Shown: positions 25,791-38,419 of the stretch, in pieces
How the letters are laid out: every line of letters begins with the position of its first letter
How positions within the stretch are numbered: the first letter of the stretch is position 1
Origin: Epiperipatus broadwayi
Taxonomy: Eukaryota > Animalia > Onychophora
Assembly (NCBI GenBank): GCA_028023455.1
Contig: JAQFVV010000001.1
Span: forward strand, 11,470,001 to 11,534,000
Reading direction: 5' to 3'
DNA: 64,000 nucleotides
The notes under the pieces: generated by a model
The model's input: only the letters and a program-made list of their open reading frames with translations
Told to the model about the DNA's origin: nothing
Databases searched by the model: none
Made by a program: the position numbers and the translations under genes

Positions 25791-28600
25791 GTGCAATGCT
25801 GCCCCATGATAGAGATGCTGTTTGAGGATTTTCCAGTTAAGGCATTATTAGACTCTGGTAGCCAGATCTCAGTGGTGTCAGATGCATTTTACAACAAAGC
25901 TCTGACCAGTAACCCCAACATTAAGACCCTACCACTGAAGTCTATGCATGTTACCATGGCTAATAACAGAAAAGCCATACTGATGCAGAAACAAAGATGG
26001 GTCCAAATCAAGATCGGTCAAACAACACTATCATGTTTTCCTTATCCTGAATGGCTTGATACATGCGGTCATTATAGGGACAGACTTTCTCCACTTGAAC
26101 CATTGTGTCATTGATTTCTCTGACAAAGTAATCAGGGTAAATGATAAGATTTTGGAAATGACATTGTGCCCAAGATATGACCTACCTGAGGTTGATTGTA
26201 TATCAATGATCCCAGAGGCATTAATTGAGAGTAAAATCGCAGAGTCCAATTTACTTGGCAGCAATGAGAAAGAAATGTTACGATCTGTTATCATTGAATT
26301 TGGTTCTATTTTCTCAAAAATACCAGGGATAATAAAAGGTTTCCACAATCTTTTAATCCAAATCGTATCCTATTCTATACCAGTATCGTTAAGAGATATC
26401 TAGGCAGTTTAATAAAGTGCTAGATTGGGGGCTCCTTACTGTAATCCAGTAGTAAAGGTGAAGAAAGACGGGTCGATGAGATTTTGTTTAGATGCTTATT
26501 AAAACAAAATTACGGTTCCTGCCAGGAACATGCCATCACCCATCCATGATTTGTTCATAAAGTTTGGAAATAAAAAAGTGTTTTCTACTTTCGATATAAC
26601 CTACAGTTATTGGCAGATTGAGCTCCATCCAGATGATCGCCAATACACTGCCTTCCGATACGAGGATTTTACATACCATTTTAATAGGATGCCATTTGGA
26701 TTAATCAATAGTGGTGCTCATCTAATACAATGCCTGGATAGAATCCTGTCACCTGAGGTCAAACAGATCACAATCATTTATGTGGATGATGTTATCTTTG
26801 CATCAACCAACATTGAAGAACATCTTCAACACCTGTATTTGTTTTTAAAAAAGTGCTATAAAAAAGGAATTAAGATCAACTTCAAGAAGAGCACATTAGC
26901 ATGTAGCGAAGTGGTCTTCCTTAGTCATATCATTGGATGCAAAGAGATGAGACCTCATCCTGACAAGATCAGTGCCATACAGAACTTCCCAAAACCCACA
27001 AATAGAAAGCAAATCAGGTTATTTTAATTATTGTCCAAACAGACAGTAGTGGTTTCGGATTGGGGGTAACATTATCCCAAATCCAGGAAGACGGCCAACC
27101 TGGTGTTCTCTATTCTATTAGCCGACTCCTAAAAGGTCCAGAAATAAATTATGGTCACAAAGAAGGAAGCACTGGTAATAGTGTGGGCATTCCAGAAGTT
27201 TCGACAGATGCTTCTTGGATCAGAGATAATAGTGGTCAACGACCATAAAAGCCTCGAATTCCTTAATCACAGCTATCTGACTAACAGTCGCCTAGTCAGA
27301 TGGAGTTTACTGTTACAGGAATTCAACTACAGTGTACATGCAGGTCTGAACAAAATCATCTTTCTGTAGACAACGCCTACCTTACTAACATCAATCTAAT
27401 GGACAATAATGTAGAGGACAATTTAGTTTTGCCTGAAATTCAATTCCGCAATCCAATTCTAAAACCAATCATGGAAGCATTAAAAGAAAAAAGTTCTACA
27501 GGGGCCGAAAAATCTTGCACATTATAAGCTAGAGGTCTTGCTTTATAAACCAGACTTAAACATTGAAGAGTGGAGGGTGGTAATACCTAAGTCACTAATA
27601 ACCCGACTCATAACGTATGTCCATTGTTTATATGGTCACTATGGTGCCCATAAGGCAGAACATACTCTTAAAAACTGGTTTTACTGGCCCACAATGTTTG
27701 GAGACATTTTGAGATTGTCTAGTGTGCTTACGTGCCAAGCCAGTAAATCAGAATTATCTAATTTGACTAAATCAATAATACCAGAAAGACCTAATGAGAT
27801 CTTGGCAATAGATTATTATGAACCCTGCCATCGTTCAACAAAAAAAATATCTACTGGTAGCCTATGATCTCTTCTCCAAATATGTTACAGCTTACCGGAT
27901 ACACCAGGCTAATACCAGAAAAACTATCAAGGTATTAGACACCCTCCCAATTCATTAGGATAGAAAAGCCAAGAACCATATTAACAGATCATGGTACTCC
28001 TTTCCCATCTAAAGAATGGAAGAATTGGGTGGAAAAATTACAAATCCAACATGTGCTCACATCCAGTAGAAATCCACAGTTCAACCCTTGTAAACGCATA
28101 ATGCGAAAATTAGGATGGCTGTTCAGGACATACCTAGAGGTTAACCATAAGGGGTGGATAAAGCACATGGAGTTTGTGGTAAATTTCATCAATTGGAGTG
28201 GGAACGAATCAACTGGATTCGCACCCATTGAATAACATTTTGGCAAACCCACACCAATACTATTTGTAAAATATACACCCACAGCGCAACAAATAAATAC
28301 AAATCCAGAAGTGATAAGACAAAAAGCCCACCAACGGATGACTAGCAGAGCAAAGCAAAGAAATAAAATGAAAGAAACACATCTAGTTTTAAAGTAGGTG
28401 ATAAGGTATTAATAAAGACTCCTCATGTAAGTATACCTTGTGAAAATAAATATCAAAAATTCTTCTTGCAATATGAAGAACCTTATACTATCATAAAACA
28501 AGCAAGTCCTAATGCTTTTAGGGTAAATGTAAAGGGAGAAATTAGAGGTACATACAATGCCAGAATATAGAAACTGTATCTTGGTCAATCAATAGAATAG
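25791..28600 (+). pseudogene. pol: Disrupted pol of element A (protease-RT-RNase H-integrase)
   Basis: LLDSGS protease; YWQI / MPFGL / YVDD RT; EAL.IVWA..KFR / DHKSL RNase H; HxxxGH..C..C zinc finger, AIDYY and TDHGTPF integrase motifs (catalytic E appears mutated, NPCKR). Part of the RT-RH tether is deleted near 27030. Confidence 0.93.
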
Positions 28601-29169
28601 TATGAGGAGTAATTTCATCACAAAATAATAATTAGCAGTAGAAATGATAATAAAGTTAAAAAAAGTGAGAGAACAAAAAAAATGCATTTATGAGGACATA
28701 CTTTAAAAAATGCATTTATGAGGACATACTTTAGTAGATATACTGGGATACCTTAGAACAGATCTCATTTTTTTGAATCAATTCACGTGTGGCGATGGAT
28801 ACTCTGGTTCACATAATCCTCAAATCCGATGTCTAGAAAAGAGTAGGAGAGAGATTAGTGGACAAAGATGTATATCATCTGTTATAGAGATATATATATG
28901 GTCAGGTTCCTACCATAAAGTTGAACAAATATATATATTTTTTACCCTAAGATAGGTTCTCATGTGGAATGATATGTAATTATTGAGAGAGGGAATGCCA
29001 GGATAAGTATTTAAAATTGAGAGACTGAAGAGGAAGTGGAAGAAAGTAAGTGATTTTTCACAGATAATATGGAAGTTTAATATGCCCAAAAATGAACATA
29101 CTTTTCATTCATTAGAAGATAAAATTTGAATTTATGATAAGATTTTGATGTTGTGTAGGGGAGGGGAAT

Positions 29170-31287
29170 TGTGAAGGTAGCTCAAGATCACTCCCACAAC
29201 AAACCTTAGCCATCTGAAATGATAGATTGTTTTTTATGTAATTAGCATCTAAAGATCAAATAAAATAAGTTTTGTCTAGAACACTTTTGGAGAATATAAA
29301 TGTTTGGATATTTTTAACAGTGTACTAACTACATATTAAGTATTGGGAATGATGGATAATTTACAGTGAAAAAAACATAAATATTAGTAACCAAATTTTA
29401 TTAAGAAAATATAAATCTTGATAAAAAAAATTGTACAGTTATATATATATGTTGATCATTGTATTGTGTTGACTATATTAAACAGACAATGACTTAAATG
29501 AAAAACAATCATAATAGAAAATAAATCAAGTATTGTAATATCTGAATATAAGAGATAATAATAATAATAACATTGCAAATTTATTATATAATTTGTTGTT
29601 TTTTTTTAAATGAATAGATAAAATAAAAATATTTTAAAAATACAACAATAGCAACGCGCTACTTTAAACAATAGGAATAATGCTGGTATAAAAAGAAAAA
29701 CAATTAAAAATCATTCTTCTTTCTTCTCCTGCATTTGACCTGAAAAGTCATCTTATTGAAGCAACTTTTTTTTTGCAAAATGGACATTTTTTTTAAAGCA
29801 GCATCTCAACAAATATTAATGTTTTTCTAATTGTTTGTCAGTTGGAAAAGGAGTACAGGAAATGAATGGAATATTCTTATTCTAATTCAATAATCAGATA
29901 AGTTAAAATAATTTATCAATTGAAATTTTAAAAAAACTATTATGATTTTTTTTTAAAAAAGAAACTAAAAAAAGAAATCACAACGGTTTATTTAATTTAA
30001 AGTTTACATAGCTAATATTACAAACTGTAAATAGCTTCTGTCTATAAATATATTTTTATTAAATGCAAACCACATATATATTTATATAAATCTGTATATA
30101 TAGTTAAAATATGTCATACGTCAGCTAGAACAATTAATTGTCTTTGGGGTGAAGCATTTTTATTTATCCACTATGACCATGTGAAAATTAATATTTAACT
30201 GTTTACAATTTAAGTGTCTGATAAGCTAGATCCACACAAGATGAAAATCTATGGAGGATTAACACAAAACTACTTATTGCCAACTTAAATAAATTCGGAA
30301 TGTGCTATATAGGAAAAATCAGAAATTTTCATTATCTATAATAATAAAAAAATGCATAAATTATAAGAACTGTTTGTGTAAGGATTCGAAAAATAATTAT
30401 GCTTAATCATATCGATTCATAAAATATTGGAAAATTATGTTTCATTTTCTTTTGTATAGATTTCTAATTTTATTTCATTATCTCGATCTTATATTTGGGA
30501 ATTACTACTTATAGTTCAACATGGAACAGTCCAACATAAAAAAATTTCAAGAGAGTAGGGGAGGAGGTTGAAAAGTCTATTTTCTTTTTGTTTTTAATAA
30601 AATCTAGGCAATTTATTTTCTACCAAGATATTTGATTTTCAGCTATGAACATAAAATTAAGTGCTCCAATAGAATACTTAAACAGTAAGTTTTTTCTTTT
30701 TTTTCTAAAGTCACTGAAATAATCAATGCTACAACATGACATGACTTACTTGTTAGTATATGTTTTACTAACAGTATTCTTAAGATCTTTATAATGAATG
30801 AATGATTAACGTTTTTCAAATTAATATTCTTTATAATTTTCTGTTCTATCATATCATGTGTTGTTTTATTATTATACTTTTCCACACTTAAAATTGCAGA
30901 CTACATGTGAGGTTGCAGTTTAATTTTCATTGAGTTAGCAATCTCTCTTTTAATTAATAATTTTTATTATCTTGGATTTATAGATGTCTATATTATGGGT
31001 GTCTATCATGGGAAATAAGGGTGAATTTTTTAAATTGTTTAAATACAGAATCGATAGATACTCATCATAGACATAAAAGCTATCAGTACATAGGGATATA
31101 TCCAAATAATTTACTTGCACTTGTAAATTTTTTTTTTGTTTGAATTTTTTTTTCTTTTCTACAGTGATTGAGAATTTATTTTTATGTTTGAATATCTTTT
31201 CTTGTTTTGTAAATAAATATTATGAAGTTTTGTTAATTGACAAGGTCTCTGTAGTTTTGTTGATCCAGCATTTACATTCCATCTTAT
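29170..31287 (+). repeat. 3' LTR of element A, left part (up to the element B insertion)
   Basis: Starts TGTGAAGG right after the PPT; collinear with 20083-~22259. Confidence 0.92.
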
Positions 31288-32613
31288 TGTACTGTATTTT
31301 ATCCTAGTACAAATAGCATTGGCAATTTAAAAGTTGAATTGATAAATTCCTAACGAAAAATATATTTATATAAATATATTTGATCTATTCATTTAAACAA
31401 CGTGAGTGTATATGTTTTTTTATGGGTGTTTAATGAAATTAAAAAGAGAGAATGAATGTGGAAAGTATAATAAAAATCAAAAAGAAACTTACTTTGTATT
31501 TGTTAAATTTAAAATAAACCATTATTGCAAGGTCATCCGCAGCATGGAAACAAAGTGATAACATTCTTTAGGTAATTAAAGATGGCGATCAAGAATAAAG
31601 AAGACTTTGTGAGCGGAATTCTTTTAAATTTGGTACACATTGGCAAGTGTCAATAGGAGTTGTGCAGAAAGAAAAAATAAATAAACAGGACCAAAGAAGT
31701 AACAGTGGGTGCACAGGTTTCTTCTTAAATCATCCTTGCTGCAGAGAGCAGTAAAAATAAAATTATACGTGAAGAAATTATGAAAGTGGGCCAAACTACT
31801 GATACTAATAGACTGAAATATTAAGATGTGCGAGTAGTAGCCATTCATTTGCTGGAGTTGCCTTGTACCTGTGTCGCGAACTACCTGAGTGAAGAAGCCA
31901 TCTCCTACTAGATTTTAACCATAAAAACTTAAAGATCGCCAGAATACTAGACCGCAGATCCATTCTAAAGAAATCCATGCATGGTCAATCTTAGAAATCC
32001 TGCACGTTAACATTCAAACTTACCGGTAAGTAACTTTATTAAATCAACAAAATTAGTGATCACTTTCTTGAACTTTTAAGCGTCGTGAACTGTCGCCACG
32101 AGTCATATGAATAAAAGAAACAAATGTTAGCTGTAGTTTTATATTTTGATTGTCTTTTTATATTTTATTCTCTCGATCATATTAATGTTCTTGTTTCGTA
32201 TTAATAAAGTAAAATGTAACTTACGTTGTTATTAATTCTTATAGTTCTAAATTCAGTACAATTTAGACATTATTATAATTCAAATAAATTGCCAACGTTG
32301 TACTGAAACACAATCCTCCGGAGATCCCAAAATGTCATCGTAGCTAAATAAATAAAAAAGGGATGTTTGCCAGTGAATTCTAAATATAGAATTCTGGTGC
32401 CTTTCAAATAAATTAAAAGCTGGCTTACTTTATCACATTATTTTAGTAGCTACATTAGTTAAAAGAGTGTTGTGTGGCCAGGAAAAATAATTGCGTCCAT
32501 TAAATCTTACTGAATTGTATGACGAAACAAATTTAATAGATAGGACGTAATTTGGTCACCGAGTACGAGTAGTTAACTCGTTTAAAACACTAAATAACGT
32601 AATGGACGTTACA
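31288..32613 (+). repeat. 5' LTR of element B (~1.33 kb)
   Basis: TGTACTG...GGACGTTACA; repeated from 36151. Confidence 0.92.
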
Positions 32614-32614
32614 A

Positions 32615-32632
32615 TGCCGCCCAACTCGAGGC
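32615..32632 (+). other. Primer binding site (degenerate tRNA-Lys-type)
   Basis: TGCCGCCCAACTCGAGGC versus TGGCGCCCAACGTGGGGC, 14 of 18 matches, 1 nt after the LTR end. Confidence 0.65.
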
Positions 32633-32886
32633 TTCAACGAGAACCACGTCCTGTGATAGAAGTAAATAATAAAAGTTAAATATAAAAGTTTTGTGGGTTT
32701 TTTTTTGTTTTGCTTCGCGTATGTAGTTTAAAAAAATAATAATAGAGTAGGCAAAATGATGGAAATAAAGTAGCTCGTAAGGTAAAGTGACAGCAGGGGG
32801 GAGCAGCTTCGGCAAATGTATTAATAAAAGATAAACAATAGAATAGAAATCAAGCAAAGTATACGAAGTACAGAGATATTGAAGCG

Positions 32887-35800
32887 ATGATAGGTGAAAC
32901 AAAAGGAATAAATAATCTGATTTGCGAATGGGATAAGGAGACCATAAAGTTTGTACCCCAAGAATGGCCAAAAATTACAATATGGGTTAATAATATTGAA
33001 GTACATGTGTTGTTTGATACTGGTAGTCAAATATCAGTCATGTCTGATACCATATACGCACGGATGATACAACGAACCCATGACATTCGAACTCTACCAG
33101 TGAGGAAGTCCCTAGTAACTTTGGCCAATAATAAAAAGGCCCAACTAGAGACAAAACAAGTATGGGTACTAATAAGAGTGGGAAAGAGAGTCATACAACA
33201 TACTTTGTTGATATTGAAGGGACTCATACATGATGTGATAATAGGGTCGGATTTTATGCATAAAACAGGGTGCTTAATTAACTATAAAGGCAGTATTACA
33301 TGTGAAGGGGAAATAGTAGAATTTAAATCAAAAGAAAAGACACTGCCAAAAGAAATATGTAGTATACGAAGCGAGACAGAGAGGGAACAAGGGCAAGGAT
33401 GGGAAAAGACTGAAGAAATTATTAGACAAGTATAATGAAAATTTTTCAGATAGACCGGGGATAATTAAGGGTTATGAACATCGAATTAAGATCATAGATG
33501 GCACGCCATATCAGGCACGATCATATCCGGTGCCTTATCAATATCGAATGGAAGTGGAAAAACAATTGTTGCAGATGGAAGAGTGGGGAATTATAATGAA
33601 GGGATCATTGCCATATAATAACCCATTGGTTATAGTAAAAAAAAAGATGGGTCAGTTAGATTATGCTTAGATGGGAGACAGCTTAATAGAATTACCTGGC
33701 CTGACCAAAACGTGCCTCCACCGATGAACAACATTATTGAACAGGTTCCATGGTAAAGAAATCTTTTCGACATTAGATCTGACAGCCAGTCATTAGCAGA
33801 TTAAACTACACCCAGCAGACCGCCAATATACAGCCTTCAGATATAACGGCATATCTTACCAATTTCATAGAATTCCATTTGGATTAAGGAACAGCGGAGC
33901 AGGATTGCTAAAGTGCCTAGACAGAGTATTATCACCCGAAATCAAGAGTTTTGTGACTATTTCTATGGATGATGTCATAATTGCATCTAAAAATCCAAGA
34001 GAGCACTTAAGACATTTGGAAATGTTTTTACAAGAATGCCAAGACAAAGGTATCCGCATTAATTTGCAAAAGAGTTGTATAGCCGCTGCAGAAGTCAGTT
34101 TCTTAGGGCACTTGATCAGTAAAACAGGGATTAAGCCTCATTCTGATAAAATACAAGCCATCAGAGACTTCCCAGCCCCTAAGTCAGTGAAACAGATAAA
34201 GTCCTTCTTAGGACTGTAATTTTTTATAATAAATTTTACAGAAACTTTGCAGCAGATATGGAACCTTTATTACAGTTATTACAAAAAAATGTCCCATGAG
34301 AATGGACAGATAAACATAATGAAGTGTTCAAAGGCATCAAAGAGAAATTTTTGGGACAAGTCATGCTGATATACCCTGATTTTAAGAAAACCTTTATAGT
34401 ACAAGTGGATAGCAGTGGATATGGACTAGGTGCGGCTTTGATGCAGACGCAGGAAGACGGTAGTCAAGGAGTAATATACTTCATTAGTAGATCATTAAGG
34501 GGACCGGAAGTCAATTATTCCGTAATGGAAAAGGAAGCATTGGCTGTGGTATGGGCGTTCCAGAGATTCCGACAATTTCTAATAGGGTCAGAGGTGATAG
34601 AACTGACCATAAGAGTCTGGAATTAATTAACCACAGTTATCTGTCTAATAGTAGATTGATTCGTTGGAGTCTGTTTCTCCAAAAATTCAACTATTCTGTA
34701 GAATATTGTAAAGGTTCGGAGAATGTAGTGGCAGATGCTTTGAGCCAAAACCCAGGTTTGGAGCCCACAGGGCATTTGCAAATGGAAGATATAAGTCTGA
34801 CGGCATTAAGCACAGAAATTTACGTCTATGGAAGATGAACTGAACCACTTAGGTGATAAGCAGAGGTTAGATCCCAGATATCAGGTGATTATAGATAATT
34901 TAGAAAAAAATAAAGATGGGGAAAAGGGAAGGTGTTCCGAAAAATATGGAAGATATCGGTTGAGCAAGGGAGTATTATGGTATTTTGTAGATGTAAAGAA
35001 GGGAACATGGAGAATGGTAATGCCCAAGATGCTCCAAGAGAGACTAACTATGTATACACACTGCCTAGATGGCCAAGACCGAGATTGTTGAAAACTTGGT
35101 TTTACTGGCCACACGAGATACCAAATAACTAAAATGTTGAAAGGATGTGAACTGTGCCAGAGAACTAAACCAGTCAACAAATCATACGCAGGAACGGTAA
35201 ACCCGATAATAAAAAAAAGACTGAATGATCTGATAGCGATTGATTTTTACGGGCCACTACCTAGGATCCGGAAGATGAGGTACATATTAGTGGTATATAA
35301 TGTTTTTTCGAAATGGGTATGGGCGTACACTATGCCGCAGGCTAATACAAGGAACACCATACGCCTATTAGAAACAACACTTTCCCAAAATGGCCAAACC
35401 AAAGACAATACTATCTGACCATGGAACTCCTTTCATGGCCAATGAATGGAAGGAGTGGACAGTGAAAATGAAAGTATGACACACATTGTCATCTATCCGT
35501 AACCCTCAGTCGAACCCTTGCGAAAGGGTGATGAGGGAATTGGGAACTTTTTAGAGTGTACATATCTTCAAACCATAAAGAGTGGGTGAAACAGTTGCCC
35601 AGAGTAGTGAATTATATCAACTGGATGGAGAATGGTTCCACAAGGTTTGCGCCTATTCGGCTACAGTTCCATCAACCCATACCGAGGCTATACAAGGCCA
35701 AGTTGCCAACCATTCCTGAACATATCGATGGAAAGATAGATCAGAGAAAGGCAGCATCCAACATGAGACATGCCGCAGTTGCAAGGGTAGACAGGAGGGG

Positions 35801-36029
35801 TATAAGACCCAAAGATTTCAAAAAAGGGGACAGGGTATAGGTCCGGACAAATCCCGTTAGCCAATCAGAGAAAGGTATATACAAAACATTTCAGAAATTA
35901 TATGAAGGCCCGTATCAAATAGTTAGAGAGAATGGTCCAAATGCATTTACTCTCGCAAATGAAAAAGGAAGAAAGGGGACTTTCAATGCGAGAGCCTTAA
36001 GGCCTTATAAAACGAATCCTGACAGATAG
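32887..36029 (+). pseudogene. pol: Disrupted pol of element B
   Basis: ATG-initiated protease ORF (LFDTGS), RT (DGSVRLCLD, IPFGL, SMDD in place of YxDD), RNase H (DSSGYGLGA, EKEALAVVWA), integrase (AIDFYGP, SDHGTPF, NPCER, GPY motif); several frameshifts and stops. Confidence 0.93.
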
Positions 36030-36150
36030 CATTAGGAGAAAACTGGATAGATTTAGACCCCGAAGACCATGGATGTACCAAAATAAGGTTGGAGAATAAA
36101 AGAAGAGTGTAAACACCATATTTTATTCTTGTCATTGACCGCGGAGGTAT

Positions 36151-37497
36151 TGTACTGTATTTTATCCTAGTACAAATAGCGTTGGCAATTTAAAAGTTGA
36201 ATTGATAAATTCCTAACGAAAAATATATTTATATAAATATATTTGATCTATGGATTTAAACAATGTGAGTGTATATAATTTTTTATGGGTGTTTAATGAA
36301 ATTAAAAAGAGAGAATGAATGTGGAAAGTATAATAAAAATCAAAGAGAAACTTACTTTATATTTGTTAAATTTAAAATAAACCATTAGCGCAAGGTCATC
36401 AGCAGCATGGAAACAAGGTCATCAGCAGCATGGAAACAAAGTGATAACATTCTTTAGGTAATTAAAGATGGCGATCAAGAAAGAAAAAAGAAGACTTTGT
36501 GAGCTGAATTCTTTTAAATTTGGTACACATTGGCAGGTGTCAATAGGAGTTGCGCAGAAAGAAAAAAAAATTAACAGGACAAAAGGAATAACAGTGGGTG
36601 CAGAGGTTTCTTCTTAGATCGTCCTTCCTGTAGAGAGCAATAAAAATAAAATTATACGTGAAGAAATTATGAAAGTGGGCCAAACTGCTGTTACTAATAG
36701 ACTGATATATTAAGATGTGCGAGTAGTAGCCATTGGATTTGCTGGAGTTGCCTTGTACCTGTGTCACGAACTACCTGAGTGAAGAAGCCATCTCCTACTA
36801 GCTTTTAACCACAAAAACTTAAAGATCACCAGAATACTGGACCGCAGATCCATTCGAAAGAAATCCATGCATGGTCAACCTTAGAAATCCTGCACATTAA
36901 CATTCAAACTTATCGGTTAAGTAACTTTATTAAATCAACAAAATTAGTGATCACTTTCTTGAACTTTTAAGCGTGATGAACTGTCGCCACGAGTCATATG
37001 AATAAAAGAAACAAATGTTAGCTGTAGTTTTATATTTTGATTGTCTTTTTATATTTTATTCTCTCAATCATATTAATGTTTTTGTTTCGTATTAATAAAG
37101 TAAAATGTAACTTACGTTGTTATTAATTCTTATAGTTCTAAATTCATTACAATTTAGACATTATTATAATTCAAATAAATTGCCAACGTTGTACTGAAAC
37201 ACAATCCTCCAGAGATCCCAAAATGTCATCGTAGCTAAATAAATAAAAAAGGGATGTTTGCCAGTGAATTCTAAATATAGAATTCTGGCGCCTTTCAAAT
37301 AAATTAAAAGCTGGCTTACTTTATCCCATTATTTTAGTAGCTATATTAGTTAAAAGAGTGTTGTGTGACCAGGAAAAATAATTGCGTCCATTAAATCTTA
37401 CTGAATTGTATGACGAAACAAATTTAATAGATAGGACGTAATTTGGTCACCGAGTACGAGTAGTTAACTCGTTTAAAACACTAAATAACGTAGTGGA
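36151..37497 (+). repeat. 3' LTR of element B, lacking its last ~7 bp
   Basis: Matches 31288-32606; terminal CGTTACA is absent and a 17-bp tandem duplication follows; carries a private 23-bp duplication at 36391-36436. Confidence 0.9.
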
Positions 37498-37510
37498 CTA
37501 AATAACGTAG

Positions 37511-38419
37511 TGGATATATAGATGTCTATATTATGGGTGTCTATCATAGGAAATAAGGGTGAATAGTTTTAAATTGTTTAAATACAGAAATGATACTCAT
37601 CATAGACATAAAAGCAATCAGTACATAGGGATATATCCAAATAATTTACTTGCACTTGTAAATTTTTTTTTTCTTGTTTGAAATTTTTTTTTCTTTTCTA
37701 CATTGATTGAGAATTTATTTTTATGTTTGAATATTTTTTCTTGTTTTGTAAATAAATATTATGAAGTTTTGTTAATTGACAAGGTCTCTGTAGTTTTATT
37801 GATCCAGCATTTACATTCAATCCAGCATTTACATTCCATCTTATAACCAATATTTTATACATGCACACATGCACATTATTGTTTGATAGGTATGTGAGAA
37901 AATGTTAAATAAAGGTTATTTCTTTCTAATAGATAGGATGAGTTATTTTAGTTGTTGATTAACATTTTGCATAGACACATCCCTGTTAAGAGAGTCGAAC
38001 GCGAATTCTTCCTGAGTTCGAATATCTGAGGCAACGGTTTTGAAAAGGAGTGGTGAGATGTTACATGAACTGATTTAAATTACATGTAGATTTGATGGAT
38101 AATGCTTAGGCTAGTCTATTAAAAATAGATGTAATCATGAGTCAGGTACTTCACCGTGTTATGTCTAGCATCCTACATGAAGACCCTAGGTCCAACAGTA
38201 GTTAGATGCGAGATTTCTCTCTCCTATATACGTGGATGGACCGGACTGTTGCATTTGGCACTATAAACTTTAGGATATGAAAGATAGGTGTACCAGCATT
38301 TTTAGGTTTGATGTAAGTTGATTATATGTTGAGGATGAAACAGCTGATTGTTGAAGTTGATCTGTGTTCAAATGTATTTGCGGACCGGCACATCCGGGTA
38401 TATTCGACCAACTGTTACA
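37511..38419 (+). repeat. 3' LTR of element A, right part (includes a re-copied ~315-bp segment)
   Basis: Matches 5' LTR ~21933-22872; ends CTGTTACA followed by ATAT. Confidence 0.9.

Larger units (their letters stand above)
31288..37514 (+). mobile_element. Ty3/Gypsy LTR retrotransposon B (gag-less, pol-only), nested in A's 3' LTR
   Basis: LTRs 31288-32613 and 36151-~37497 are highly similar; Lys-type PBS; pol with PR-RT-RH-IN; only ~250 bp between PBS and the protease ORF. Confidence 0.92.
20083..38419 (+). mobile_element. Ty3/Gypsy LTR retrotransposon A (defective; element B nested in its 3' LTR)
   Basis: LTRs TGTGA...TTACA, TSD ATAT (20079-20082 and 38420-38423), PBS, gag, PR-RT-RH-IN domain order, PPT AGGGAGGGGAAT before 29170. 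Confidence 0.92.

Noticed and set aside
28600-29169. Possible env gene between integrase and the 3' LTR of element A (and 57780-58120 in C)
   Set aside because: The intervals are short and contain no long ORF or signal-peptide/transmembrane pattern.
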